NCBI GenBank assembly: GCA_000004695.1
Contig: CM000155.2
Location: 1,824,001 to 1,888,000 of the forward strand
DNA from: Dictyostelium discoideum
Lineage: Eukaryota
Reading direction: 5' to 3'
Length of the DNA: 64,000 nucleotides
Shown: piece by piece, positions 1 through 13,749 of the stretch
How the letters are laid out: every line of letters begins with the position of its first letter
Position numbering within the stretch: the stretch's first letter is position 1
The notes under the pieces: generated by a model
The model's input: only the letters and a program-made list of their open reading frames with translations
Databases searched by the model: none
Told to the model about the DNA's origin: nothing
Program-made: the position numbers and the translations under genes

Positions 1-243
1 TATTATTATTATTGTTATTATTATTATTATTATTATTATGTTATATATTATTATATTAAAGGTCGTTGAGTATTTTCTTTTATTTAAAAAAAAAAAAAAG
101 AAAAAAGGAATATATATATATATTAAAATATAACAAAAATTGAAGTTTTTTTTTTTTTATTTAAATAAATAAAGGTATTATTGTTTTTAATTTACACAAG
201 CTTTTTATAAATTTCAAAAAAAAAAAAAATTAAAATTTTTTTT

Positions 244-279
<36 letters not shown>

Positions 280-623
280 AAAAATTAAAAAAAAAATATA
301 AAAAAAAAAAAAAAAAAAAGATTTTTGATCAAAATAATAATAATATAATATGAATCATTTTATTTTCAAATCCAAATCCATTTTTAGGATTTGCTTTTTT
401 ATTTTTTCTTTTAAACTTTTTTTTTTTTTTTTAAAGCCTTTTTTAAATTTTTTTTTTTTTTTTAAAAAAAGGATAAATATTATTATATTATTTATCCTTT
501 TTTAAATTTTTTTTTTTTTTTTTTGGTATTTATTTGGGTTTGTATCAGTTTGGGAATGTAAAAAATAAAAAAATATTCTTTTAAATTTCTTTGTTTCCCA
601 ATTAAAAAAATAATAATAATAAT

Positions 624-671
<48 letters not shown>

Positions 672-967
672 GAATCTATTATAAATTATATCACCTGCAT
701 CATGTTCCCTGAAATAGATAAAAATTCAATTATTCCCAAATTAAAAAAATTTATGCTAGTGGGGTTTTGAAATAAATAATATTATTATAAATTAAAATAT
801 ATGGAGAATTTGAAAAAACAAAAGAAATAGATATGATTCATTGGTACTAAAAAAATTGATAAAATTATACTTTATTTAAGAAAATGAAAAATATTCAAAT
901 GTTCCAATTAAAGATGAACATATAGTTGTGGTAATAAAAAAAAAAAAAAAAAAAAAGTCTACTAATT

Positions 968-1007
<40 letters not shown>

Positions 1008-1369
1008 CAAAACCCCATTTGCATAAAATTTAAATCCGTAAAAAAAAAAAAAAAAGAAGTTATATATTTTAAAACAACGAAATTGAAAAGGAAATTAATA
1101 ATTTATTAATTAACCAAAAAAATTAAGTTATATTGGTTATATTATTTTTTAATTTATTTTAAAAAAAAAATTAATTTATAAAATCTAAAATTCTCAAAGT
1201 ATGATTCATTTTACAATTTGCGAACAATAAATTACATATGATAACTTTAAAAACTATAAATAGTCTAAATGAAAACAAAAAAAAAATAATAAAAATAAAA
1301 ATAAAAAACAATTTGTTTAATTAACTATTATAAATTTAATACTTTAAAACTATAAATATTATTTCAAAA

Positions 1370-1426
1370 ATGACAATTATCAGTAAGTAAAATAAATTAA
1401 AAACCATAATATTAGTTAAAATCAAC

Positions 1427-1458
<32 letters not shown>

Positions 1459-1662
1459 TTTAAAAAAATAGACTCAATTTCTTCATTAGGAAAAATCTCA
1501 AATAAAAACAAAAGCCAAGCTAATTTAAATAGCAATTCAACTAATTCTCCAAATAATGTTCAAGGATTAAATCAAAACACAGGATTAGTTAGTAGTTTAT
1601 TAGAATTAGTTCGTGGAGTTACTTTTGCGCTTGGTCTTGCAGTTGAGTCTGTAGGATTGTAA
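1370..1662 (+). CDS. Small 2-exon gene (exon 1 1370..1382 = ATG + 10 nt, GTAAGT donor; intron 1383..1471; exon 2 1472..1662). Encodes a ~66 aa protein [67 protein letters not shown] with a C-terminal hydrophobic segment, possibly tail-anchored.
   Basis: The region is locally less AT-rich. An ATG is followed by a consensus GTAAGT donor. The AG acceptor restores a frame that stays open to the TAA at 1660..1662. Not in the ORF track because the first exon is 13 nt. Confidence 0.35.
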
Positions 1663-2024
1663 AAAGAATTTTAAATAAATTAATATTCTTTGTATTTTTT
1701 TTTAAAAATCAAAAAAAAGTTTTATTTCTTTTTTTTTAAAAAAAAAAAAAAAGTGTCAGATTTGAATGTTTTTATCATATTAATATAAACCTAAAAAAAA
1801 TGGTTTTGGAAACAACATAATATAATTTTTTTGGAAAATAATTTCGAATCTTTCATGTTTTATTTTTTTTTTATTTTTTTTTTTTTTTTATTTTTTTTGT
1901 TTTTTTGTAAAAGATATGATGCCAAAATGTGAATAGAAGTTCATGATTTTAAAATTTTATTTAAATTTAATTTTTATTTTATTTTTTTTTTTTGTAAAAA
2001 ATTTTTTTTTTCAAAAACATTTCA

Positions 2025-2061
<37 letters not shown>

Positions 2062-2094
2062 ATTTAAAATAAAAACATATTACATACAAATAAA

Positions 2095-3141
2095 ATGAAT
2101 AAAATTTTAACTCGTAGTTTTAGTACTGGTGCAAATTTCTTTGCCTCTGGTAAAGGTAAAGCACCAGTTAGAGTTGCCATTACTGGTGCCAGTGGTCAAA
2201 TTGGTTATCAATTATTATTCAGAATTGCCAGTGGTGATATGTTAGGTAAAGATCAACCAATCATTCTCCAATGTTTAGAATTACCAGGTGCAATGAACTC
2301 ATTAAAAGGTGTTTCAATGGAATTGGATGATTGTGCATTCCCATTGCTCAAAGGTATTGTTCAAAGTGATAAACCAGAGGAAGCATTCGCTGGTGCAGAC
2401 TATGCATTATTAGTTGGTGCTCGTCCAAGAAGCAAGGGTATGGAGCGTGGTGACCTTTTAAAAGCAAATGCTGAAATTTTCTCTGTTCAAGGTAAAGCAT
2501 TAGACAAAAGTGCTAATCGTGACACTTTAAGAGTTTTAGTTGTAGGTAACCCAGCCAATACCAACGCATTAATTGCCGCCCGTAATGCACCAAATATTGA
2601 CCCAAAACGTTTCTCTGCCATGACTCGTTTAGATCACAACAGAGGTTTAGCTCAATTAGCCGATAAAACTGGTTCAGCCGTAACTGATATTGAAAAATTC
2701 TGCATTTGGGGTAACCACTCTGCCACCCAATACCCAGATATTAACTTTGGTACCGTCAAAGGTAAATCACTCGTAGATACCATCAACGATCAAAAATGGG
2801 TTAAAGATAACTTTATTCCAACCGTTCAACAAAGAGGTGCCGCTATTATTGCTGCCCGTGGTTTATCATCAGCTGCCTCTGCTGCTTCAGCTGCCATCGA
2901 TCACATGAGAGATTGGACCTATGGTACCAATGGTCAATGGACCTCTATGGCCATTTACTCTGAAGGTGAATATGGTGCCGATAAAGGTCTCTACTTCTCT
3001 TTCCCAGTCATTGTAGATAACAAAGGTAAATACGAAATCGTTAAAGGTCTTAAACTTGATCAATTCTCTCAAGAACGTTTCGATGCTACTCGTAAAGAAT
3101 TATTATCAGAAATGGATGGTGTTAAAGAATTATTACCATAA
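2095..3141 (+). CDS. mdh: Malate dehydrogenase (LDH/MDH superfamily, cytosolic/Thermus-type MDH) with a short N-terminal extension that may be a targeting presequence.
   Basis: 348 aa ORF. The Rossmann motif reads [18 protein letters not shown]. Other MDH signatures are [41 protein letters not shown] and IWGNHS. Codon usage is typical for the region. Confidence 0.9.
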   Translation: MNKILTRSFSTGANFFASGKGKAPVRVAITGASGQIGYQLLFRIASGDMLGKDQPIILQCLELPGAMNSLKGVSMELDDCAFPLLKGIVQSDKPEEAFAGADYALLVGARPRSKGMERGDLLKANAEIFSVQGKALDKSANRDTLRVLVVGNPANTNALIAARNAPNIDPKRFSAMTRLDHNRGLAQLADKTGSAVTDIEKFCIWGNHSATQYPDINFGTVKGKSLVDTINDQKWVKDNFIPTVQQRGAAIIAARGLSSAASAASAAIDHMRDWTYGTNGQWTSMAIYSEGEYGADKGLYFSFPVIVDNKGKYEIVKGLKLDQFSQERFDATRKELLSEMDGVKELLP

Positions 3142-3271
3142 ATTAAATTTTAAAAATAAAAATAATAAATTTTTTTTAAAAAAAAAAAAAAATAAAAAAA
3201 AAAAATAAAATAAAATATTTTATTATTATTATTATAATAATATCATTATTTATTTATTTATTTTATTTTAT

Positions 3272-4150
3272 TTATTCCATAATCCAACCATGACTAACTA
3301 ATAATGATTGACCAGTTAAACATTTATTTGGAATTGAAGAAAAGTTAACAGCAACTTCAGCAACATCTTCAACTGTTGTGAATTCACCATCAACAGTTTC
3401 TTTTAAAAGGATATTTTTAGTGACTTGTTCTTCAGTGATATTGAATTTCTTTGCTAAATCTGGAATTTGATTTTTAACCAATGGAGTAAGTACGAAACCT
3501 GGACAAATTAAATTTGCACGAATGTTATGTTTTGCACCTTCACGAGCGACACCACGACATAAACCTTCCAAACCATGTTTGGCAGTTACATATGGTATTT
3601 TGTATTCTGATGCATATTTACTATGAACACTACCCATATATAGAATTGTACCACCACGTTTAATATCCTTTTTAAATTCTTGCATTGCATATTTTGTACA
3701 TAAGAAAGCGCCATCTAAATGAACGGCCATCATTTTTCTCCAAGTTGCCAATTCAACGGTTTCTAATGTTTCAATATGTTGTAAACCTGCATTCGACACA
3801 ATCACATCCAATCCACCAAATCTTTCAACTGTGTCTTTAATACCCTTTGAAACTTGTTCCTCATTTGATACATCACATTCAACAGAAATCGTTGATCCTG
3901 GAAAACGTTGATTTAATTCTTTTGATGCATTATCAGCTTTGGTTTTATCTAAATCTACAATTGCAACTTTACCACCTTCTTTAACAAATCTTTCAACAAT
4001 TCCTAAACCAATACCTGATGCTCCACCTGTTACAAAACAAACTTTTTTTTCCATTCTACCATTTTGATTTGTACTATAATATCTAATGGTTGATTGAATA
4101 AATTGTTTATTATTTGTATTATTTGTTAATTTTTTAATTAAAAAATTCAT
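3272..4150 (-). CDS. Short-chain dehydrogenase/reductase (SDR), 3-hydroxybutyrate dehydrogenase-like, with an N-terminal extension (MNFLIKKLTNNTNNKQFIQSTIRYYSTNQNG) resembling a mitochondrial presequence.
   Basis: 292 aa ORF. Motifs are VTGGASGIGLGI (NAD-binding TGxxxGIG), NAGLQH, YVTAKHG (the catalytic YxxxK region) and ICPGFVLTPLV. These match bacterial-type D-beta-hydroxybutyrate dehydrogenases. Confidence 0.85.
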   Translation of the reverse strand: MNFLIKKLTNNTNNKQFIQSTIRYYSTNQNGRMEKKVCFVTGGASGIGLGIVERFVKEGGKVAIVDLDKTKADNASKELNQRFPGSTISVECDVSNEEQVSKGIKDTVERFGGLDVIVSNAGLQHIETLETVELATWRKMMAVHLDGAFLCTKYAMQEFKKDIKRGGTILYMGSVHSKYASEYKIPYVTAKHGLEGLCRGVAREGAKHNIRANLICPGFVLTPLVKNQIPDLAKKFNITEEQVTKNILLKETVDGEFTTVEDVAEVAVNFSSIPNKCLTGQSLLVSHGWIME

Positions 4151-4924
4151 TTTATTATTATTATTATTATAAAAAAAAAAAAATAAAAAAAAAAAAAAAA
4201 GGAAAGTTGGTGATGAATTAAAAAAAAAAAAAAAAAATTAGAAATTAAAAAAATTAGAAAAAAAAAAAATAAAAAAAAAAAATAAAAAACGATTATTTAT
4301 TATGTCAACATATCGTGATATTTTAATTTCCTTCACTTATAACGATTAAAAAAAAAAAAAAAATTAAAAAATAAAAAAATATTCAAAAAAATTTACTATT
4401 CATTATCTAAATAAAAAAGACTTTTTTCTATTTTTTTTTTTTTCTATTTTTTTTTTTTAAAATAAAGATTTTTTAAAGATAAATAAATTTATTTTTATTA
4501 TTATTGAAAAATAAAATAAAAAAAAAAAACAATTATTTTATTTTTTTATTTTTTTTTCTTTTATTTTTTTTTTTTTTTTTGGTAAAAAGAATAAATAATT
4601 TGATTGTCGAAATGTGAAAATATATTTGTTGGGAAATTTGATTTTTTTTTATTTTATTTTATTTTTATTTTTATTTCACTTTTTTTTTAAAAAACTTTTT
4701 TTTCATTTTTCATTTTTTTTTTTTTTTTTTTTTTTTTTTTCGTTTTCATTGTTGTTTTTTTCTAATATTAATCAAAAATTTAAATTTTTTGTAACGAAAC
4801 AAACTTGTACATAATATAATAATATAAAAATAATAAATAATAAATAAAATAATAATAATAATATAGTAATAAATAAAACTACTAATAATAATAGTAATAA
4901 TAATAATAATAATAATACACAAAA

Positions 4925-5448
4925 ATGAAAATGCAAAGATTTTATAAATTTTTAAATATTGAAAAACCAATGAACCATTCAGAGTTATTGAAAGCATTTT
5001 CAATGCAAAAGATTTATTTACATGATGCTAAGAAAGTCACTATTCTCACATCAAAAAAAGGTGGTGGTTTATCAGCACCTAGAATTTTCAAATATAAATT
5101 CTTAGAACCAATCATATTTTGGAATAAGGACGTTCACTTTGAATATCAAAAAAAATTTGATACTGAACCACGTGTTTTAGTTGAAAATCGTAATCAATCA
5201 TATTTTTAAAAATAATAATAAATAATAAATAATAAATAATATTATGAATTTTATTATAAATAATGATATTAACCAATTTTATTTTTTATTTTTTATTTTT
5301 ATTTTCTTTTTTTTAAAAAAAAAACTATACTATAGTTAATGGAAGTGAACACACCATTCCAATCAATTCAAAAAATGCCGATCAAATTTTAGAAGAAATT
5401 TTAAGAGCTACAAATGGAAAAAGAGTCGATGTTAACATTCCAATTTAA
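4925..5448 (+). CDS. Hypothetical ~125 aa protein in 2 exons (exon 1 4925..5189, intron 5190..5335, exon 2 5336..5448).
   Basis: The 94-aa ORF ends by reading into AT-rich sequence. A GTAATC donor sits at 5190. A TATAG acceptor at 5335 restores a frame giving ...RVLVEN|LNGSEHTIPINSKNADQILEEILRATNGKRVDVNIPI*. The second exon is markedly GC-richer than its flanks. No family recognised. Confidence 0.4.
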
Positions 5449-5653
5449 TTTAAAAAAATAAATAAAAAAAATAAATAGATATTTAAAAATAGATTTTTTT
5501 TTATTTTTTATTAATTATTTATTATTATTTTTATTCATTTCCAATATTTTTTTTTTTTTTTTTGAAAAATTGAAAATATTAAAATTTGATTATATAATTT
5601 TTTTCATTTATTCAAAAAATTATTATTATTATTACTATTATCAACTCACTCCG

Positions 5654-5692
<39 letters not shown>

Positions 5693-5783
5693 GGTTATGG
5701 AAGCGTTTTTCGATTACTGATTTCTGTGACATATTCAAACCAGTGCAAAAATATACTAGCCAAAAATTTAATTTAATTTTTGG

Positions 5784-5821
<38 letters not shown>

Positions 5822-6393
5822 AAATAAAAAAAAAAATAAAGATTGGTTATAGTGGCGGTGGTGACAGTTGTTGGGATATCTTTTATAACCAACTTTTTTT
5901 TTTAATATTTTTTTTTTTTAATTTTTTTTTTTTAATATTTTTTTTTTTTTTTAGCTCCGAAACACCTGAGTAGTGCACTCCAAAAACAAAATAAAAAAAA
6001 AAAATATTTAAAAAAAAAAAAAACATCATATAAATACTGAAAATAATAAAAATAATAAATAAATTTTAAAAAAAAAAATAATAATAAAAAAAATAAAAAA
6101 AAGAATAAAAAAAAGTTATTTTAAATAATTAAACAAATTTTTTTTTAATTTTTTTAAAAAAAAAAAACTCAAAAATCGAACCCTACAAATCTTAATCTTA
6201 TTTCTAAAAATAAAATTTTTTAACAATAAATATAAAAAAAAAAAAAATAAAAACAATTTAAAATTAAAAGGTATAAAAGTAATAATAATGTGAATTAAAC
6301 TTTCTATTTTAAATTAAAAGATAGATATATTTTTTTTTTTTTTTTTCTTTACAGGGTCTCTTTCATATTCGCCACCACTTCTTTTTTTTCCCA

Positions 6394-6431
<38 letters not shown>

Positions 6432-6848
6432 CATTTAAAACAATTTGTAATATATATTAAATATTAAAGATAAATATTTTCTTTCTTTTTTTTTTATTAT
6501 AAATATATTTATATAATTCATTAAAAACTAGTTTCAACATTAAATCAATATTAAAAGAAATCTATTTTATAATATTATTTTTTTCAATTATTTATTTATT
6601 TATTTATTTTCAAATTTAATTTCCCCACCCCCTCACACCACATTTTTTTCCTATAATATTATTTTTACAAATATTTTTTATTAAATATTATTAAGTATAC
6701 TTTTGATTTGTTGCCACCTTAATCAAACTGTTTTTTTTTTTTTTTTTTATTTTTTTGTTTTTTGTTTTATTTTTTTAAACAAATATATTCACCACGCCTT
6801 TCAATACATTCCCAATTACTCACACCAATATTATATTTTAAAAATAAA

Positions 6849-6892
<44 letters not shown>

Positions 6893-6984
6893 ATTAATTT
6901 AAAATTCAGTATTTAAAAATTATAATAATATTAAAAATCATAAACAAATAAAATATTTGTAATAAAATAATAATATATTAAAAA

Positions 6985-9081
<2,097 letters not shown>

Positions 9082-9116
9082 TTTAATTATATTAAAAAAA
9101 AAAACACAAATCCAAT

Positions 9117-9157
<41 letters not shown>

Positions 9158-9376
9158 AAATATAAAAAAAGATTAAAAAATTAAATAATAAAAAGGTAAA
9201 TTAAAAAATATTTTTTTAAAAAACTAACAATTCATATTATAAAAATAAATTTTTAATTATTTATTTATTAAATGTAAAAGAAATCATAAATTAAATAAAT
9301 TTATATTTTTTTTCAAGTTGATTATTTTACAATGTATATAATTTTTTTACATTTTTGGTGAAATTTCATCAAAAAT

Positions 9377-9449
9377 GCCTGGATGGCTCAGTAGGCAGAG
9401 CGAGCGGCTGTTAACCGCTAGGTCCATGGTTCGATCCCATGTCTAGGCG
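9377..9449 (+). tRNA. tRNA-Asn (anticodon GUU)
   Basis: Cloverleaf structure. Acceptor GCCTGGA/TCTAGGC, anticodon stem AGCGG/CCGCT with loop CTGTTAA, T-arm GGTTCGATCC, discriminator G. Confidence 0.9.
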
Positions 9450-9712
9450 ATACTTTTTTATTTTCAATATCATTTTTTTTTTTATCTTAAAAATGGATTC
9501 TCTACATCGAGACCTTTCAAAATATCAAAAATTCATCAGAATTGGCCAACGTTGAAAAAAGTTAATGCCTTTTTTTTATAATAATTAATTGATTGGTTAA
9601 AAAAAAAAAAAAAGAAATTTTTTTTTTTATTTTCACCATTTCAAAAAAAAAAAAATAAAAAACATATTGGTCTAGATTCAGTGAAATTGTTAAATTAAAA
9701 TATAAAAATAAA

Positions 9713-10839
9713 ATGAATAAAAGAATAAATGAAGTTAGTGGTAGACCTATAGGAGAATATCTTTCAAGAGATATATCAGATTTTCAGAGAGTTTCAAGGA
9801 CACTATTTGAATGTTTTTCATCATTAGCAACAGGTGCAACATTAAATTCCCAACAATTACAACAAATTCAATTACCAATTGATCAAATATCAAATAATGC
9901 AACACCTAATATGGTATTACAATTAATGAATCATTTAATTGATGTTGATAAAATTTATCAAAATACTTTAAAAAAACGTAATAATATTAATAATAATGGA
10001 TTTATATATATTATATTTATATTTTAATAATAATTAATAATTAATAATTTTTTTTTATTTTTTTTTTATTAGTTGAAAAACATCAAAAAATTCAAAAAGA
10101 AATTACAGAAATACAAAAAGAAATTGAAGAAAAAGATAAATTAATATCAACATTAGCATTAAATTTAAAAGATATTGAATCATTTTTAGAGAATGAATTA
10201 TCACAAGACAATGTAAATATAAATAATGGTAATGCAAGTGATGGTATTGTTAATGAGGTTTTAATAGATTTAAAGCAACCAGATGACGCAGCATCAATGG
10301 ATAATATAGTGAATAGAGAGGTATCACCAGAGGATTTAATATCTTATGCACATAAAATTAGTGGTACCACATCTGCACCATTTGGATACCAACCAAATGC
10401 ACCATTGGCTTCACTATTTAAACCACCTGCACCACAAGATGAAATGATGAGATCATCAGTACTCTTTACAAAACCACCACCTCATGTTTTAAAATATTAT
10501 GGTTTAGCTGAAATCGATGTTACAACACCAACAATGGCTGCAAATATTTCTTCACCATTTTCAATTGGTGGTAATGTTGGTGATGTTACAACACCAACTT
10601 CAAAAGAACAAGAAGATCAGCAGCAACAACAACAACAACAACAACCTCAACAACAATTATCACAATCACAACAATCACAACAACAAACTGAATCAGAATT
10701 ACAACCAATTCAAAGTATATTACAACCTCCACAACAATTAAATATAGATTTAGATTTGAATCCAGATTTAGATTCAAGTGGTGATGATGATGATGAAGAT
10801 GACGACGATGAAGAAAGTGAAGAAGTTGAATGGGATTAA
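9713..10839 (+). CDS. med4: Mediator of RNA polymerase II transcription subunit 4 (MED4). Exon 1 9713..9977, intron 9978..10072, exon 2 10073..10839.
   Basis: A GTAATA donor after ...YQNTLKK and a TTATTAG acceptor join the two ORFs (9713..10027 and 10297..10839) in frame. The product has a coiled-coil region (VLQLMNHLIDVDKIYQNTLKKLEKHQKIQKEITEIQKEIEEKDKLIS) and the conserved ISYAHKIS motif, which matches MED4 IIKYAHRIS. It ends in an acidic tail DDDDEDDDDEESEEVEWD, as MED4 does. Confidence 0.75.
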
Positions 10840-10901
10840 AAAAAATAATAAACAAATATATATATTTTTTTTTTTTATTTTTATTTTTTTTTTAATTTAT
10901 T

Positions 10902-11927
10902 TTATTTCTTTTGACCAAAATATTTAACAAACCAAATTATAAATTTATCAATTTTTGAAGATTTTTCAAATGGATTTATAATTTTATTCATTTTTTCTTG
11001 TTCTAATTTATGTTTTTCACCTTGTGATTGATTTGTTGAAACAAAGCCTTCTTCAATATTACGAGTTGGAACATAAACATTTTCAAATGTTTTTTGTTGA
11101 TCATTACTATTATTATTATTATTATTATTATTGTTTATTGATTTTTCTAATCTCTCAATTTCTTTTTCAATTAATGAAATTGATTTTTTATCAACTTCAT
11201 CCATTTTCATTCTTAGAAGAGTTTGTTTCTTTTTTTGTAAAATTAATTTTTGATCATCAAATGTGGTAGTGGTGGTGGTGGTTGGTCTTGCACCAGGTGC
11301 TTTATCAACTATATCTTTACTATTTTCAATGTATTCACTTTTTGATACAAAATAAGGTTCTTTAATTTCCTTTGAACCCAATGGTACATGTGGTAAAATG
11401 AATGCTGATACTCTTCTCTCTTCTTCAGCTAATATATTATAAGTACCAATTGCATTGATTGTTGTCATTGTTTCAACATTTACTTTATAACGAGTTGAAA
11501 TATCTTTTATTAATTGGTCTGGTAATTTTGAATGTGTTGCTCCTGTACCAATTAATAGGAATTCAGTTGGTGGTTCAACGATATCCAAAGTTGCCAATGT
11601 GTCAATGGTAATATCTTCAACTGAATGAACATCCCAGAGGAATAGTTGTTGTGGCATTATATTAATTGATCCTGGTATTAAGGTTTTGTTAATTGAAAAC
11701 CCAGATTCAACATATCCATCAATATTATATACCTTTGATAAATCACCTTGACTCATTTCAAATATATTACCATTGTCAATTCCTTTACAATAATTTCTTT
11801 TAAATATTTTATTTGATTTACCAAAATTTCCCAATTTATTATTATAATTATTACTATTACTATATATTATATTTTGATTTATTAAAATTCCTTTTATATT
11901 TTTTAAATTATAAAAATTTTTAATCAT
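10902..11927 (-). CDS. NDUFAF3-like complex I assembly factor (Mth938/DUF498 domain) with a C-terminal coiled-coil/Asn-rich extension.
   Basis: 341 aa ORF. The core YNIDGYVESGFSINKTLIPGSINIMPQQLFLWDVHSVEDITIDTLATLDIVEPPTEFLLIGTGATHSKLPDQLIKDISTRYKVNVETMTTINAIGTYNILAEEERRVSAFILP aligns motif-by-motif with NDUFAF3 (W.V....DIT.DS...LEP..EI.V.GTG....L......GI.VEV.DT.NA..T.N.L..EGR.V..AL.P). Confidence 0.75.
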   Translation of the reverse strand: MIKNFYNLKNIKGILINQNIIYSNSNNYNNKLGNFGKSNKIFKRNYCKGIDNGNIFEMSQGDLSKVYNIDGYVESGFSINKTLIPGSINIMPQQLFLWDVHSVEDITIDTLATLDIVEPPTEFLLIGTGATHSKLPDQLIKDISTRYKVNVETMTTINAIGTYNILAEEERRVSAFILPHVPLGSKEIKEPYFVSKSEYIENSKDIVDKAPGARPTTTTTTTFDDQKLILQKKKQTLLRMKMDEVDKKSISLIEKEIERLEKSINNNNNNNNNSNDQQKTFENVYVPTRNIEEGFVSTNQSQGEKHKLEQEKMNKIINPFEKSSKIDKFIIWFVKYFGQKK

Positions 11928-12360
11928 CTTTTTTTCTTTATTTGTTGTGGAATTGTGAATTAATTTTTTTTTATATGAAAACTAAAAAACTTTTTTTTTT
12001 TTTTTTTTCGAGAATTGCATAAAAAATAATTTCTTTTTTTTTTTTTTCAAACAACTATTTAATTTTATTTATTTTTCATATTATTCTAGTATAAGTAGAG
12101 AACTCAAAAATACACAAAATTATATAAAAGAATGTTTTTTGAATTTTATTTTTTATTTTTTATTTTTTATAATTGTTTTTTTATTTAGAATAACAACAAG
12201 TAGACAATAAAATTTTATATTATTACTTTTGATTAAAACATCTTTTTTGTCCAAACTTTTTTCTAAATCTTTTTTTATTTTATCGTCGGGTTCGTGATTG
12301 ATGACATATTATAAATAAAAAAATCGGATGACGTTATATTTTTTAAAAAAATAATAAAAA

Positions 12361-12431
12361 GCGTATGTGGTCTAGTGGTATGATGCATCCCTGCCACGGA
12401 TGCGAACTGGGTTCGATTCCCAGCATACGCA
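12361..12431 (+). tRNA. tRNA-Gly (anticodon GCC)
   Basis: Acceptor GCGTATG/CATACGC, anticodon stem CATCC/GGATG with loop CTGCCAC, T-arm GGGTTCGATTCCC, discriminator A. A conserved downstream element ATTTCCGAACTTCGGA lies ~20 bp 3'. Confidence 0.9.
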
Positions 12432-12599
12432 CATCTTTTTTGAAGTTTACAGGATTTCCGAACTTCGGATGGGGTGAAAAATAAAGAATTTTACAAAGTT
12501 TGTCAAAACTGAAAATAAAAACATTTTTTTTGTTTTTCTAAAAAATCAATTAAGTTTTCATTCTTTCAAACAAATACCACATTGTTTTTAATTTGGATA

Positions 12600-13480
12600 A
12601 AATTATAATTTATAGTAAATAATAAAAAAAAAAAAAAAATTGTAAATTATTATTACTAAACTTTTGGACTTGCAAATTTGATAATAGCTCTTGATGTAAT
12701 GTATGATTGTCAAATTATAATTGCAGGTTTGAGTAATAGTTTAAATATTTGATCAGAAATTATCGCTGAAACAATTGTCTCAAATGCTGGTTCACTGAAA
12801 TCAGTATCCAAGAGAGTTATTAGATTTCCATAATTTACACATTTAATCCCCATTCAAGTTTTCTTTGTGGAATCTAAGATTTGAAACAGGTCGTGGAAAA
12901 CTTTATGAACTAGATTCAACAATAAATTTAATAAAAATAATGAAAAAAAAATTAGAAGGGAGATAAATTCCAAATATTTTTTTGTATTTATTTATAAAAT
13001 TTTATAAAATTTTTAGAGTGAAAAATAATAATTTTAAATCAGAAGTTAAACCATTTTATTTTTAGAATTTAATTGTTTGGGAACACTATAATTTACAGAA
13101 CCATATGAATAATTTTTTTCTATTTTTGTCATATTCAAGAGTTGATAGTTTGTACCATTTGTTAATGCCGTCATGATTCCATAAGGGAAGTTTTAGGATA
13201 GGTCATGGTTTATACATATATATACCCATTCAAAGTATTCTTTGTGGAATCTTAAATTTGTGTAGTCTATGTTAACCTCTGACCCTTCTTCATATTTGGT
13301 AGAATTATAGGTGTAATCCTTTTTATAAATTTATTGTTGAATCTAGTCCTCTCGTTGGTCCAATGTTTTCATGAAAAAGAAGTTTTTCGGTTTTGGTCCA
13401 AAATTTAATAATTAAAGAATAGATGAACTAAAGGATCAATTAAAGCATCAGAAACCAATTATATTACCTCATCTCGCCAA
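12600..13480. other. ORF-free, non-AT-rich spacer (~45% GC locally) between the inverted tRNA-Gly pair, with internal direct and inverted repeats. Candidate degenerate mobile-element remnant.
   Basis: Composition departs sharply from the surrounding >85% AT spacer. A direct repeat CCCATTCAAG(T)TTTCTTTGTGGAATCT(A)AGATTTG occurs at 12841..12878 and 13225..13262. An inverted pair GAACTAGATTCAACAATAAATTTA (12907..12930) and TAAATTTATTGTTGAATCTAGTCC (13290..13313) is also present. No ORF over 60 aa. Confidence 0.3.
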
Positions 13481-13564
13481 AAAAGCTGTGAATATCAATT
13501 CAAATCAGACGTACAAATATATTTTTCCGAAGTTCGGAAATTTCGAAGCCATTAAAAAAGGTTT

Positions 13565-13635
13565 TGCGTATGCTGGGAATCGAACCCAGTTCGCATCCGT
13601 GGCAGGGATGCATCATACCACTAGACCACATACGC
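13565..13635 (-). tRNA. tRNA-Gly (anticodon GCC), second copy, identical in sequence to 12361..12431 but inverted.
   Basis: Exact reverse complement of the + strand tRNA-Gly. The same ATTTCCGAACTTCGGA element lies ~25 bp downstream on its own strand (13510..13530). Confidence 0.9.
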
Positions 13636-13695
13636 TTTTTGATATAATTTTGGAAAAAATAACGAAATGCCATTTTTAAAATATTGTGTATAATA

Positions 13696-13749
<54 letters not shown>

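Noticed and set aside
4614-5003. ORFs 4614..4814 + and 4746..5003 - (poly-Phe / poly-Ile).
   Set aside because: Pure homopolymer/AT-repeat spacer with no codon structure. The - ORF overlaps the 5' end of the 4925 gene in antisense.
5743-6897. ORFs 5743..5973 + and 6703..6897 + (poly-Lys / poly-Phe).
   Set aside because: They are translations of A- and T-homopolymer runs in spacer DNA. The 5743 ORF spans the GC-richer island discussed as a possible ncRNA and has no coding signature.
9450-9560. Looked for an external B box downstream of tRNA-Asn.
   Set aside because: Only weak matches (TGGATTCTCTACATCGAGACC). Not convincing enough to annotate.
10517-10855. ORFs 10517..10741 + and 10586..10855 - overlapping med4 exon 2.
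   Set aside because: Alternate-frame or antisense readings of the (CAA)n/(GAT)n region. The MED4 frame is homology-supported.
13488-13679. ORF 13488..13679 + (63 aa).
   Set aside because: It runs straight through the minus-strand tRNA-Gly gene. Its sequence is dictated by the tRNA.
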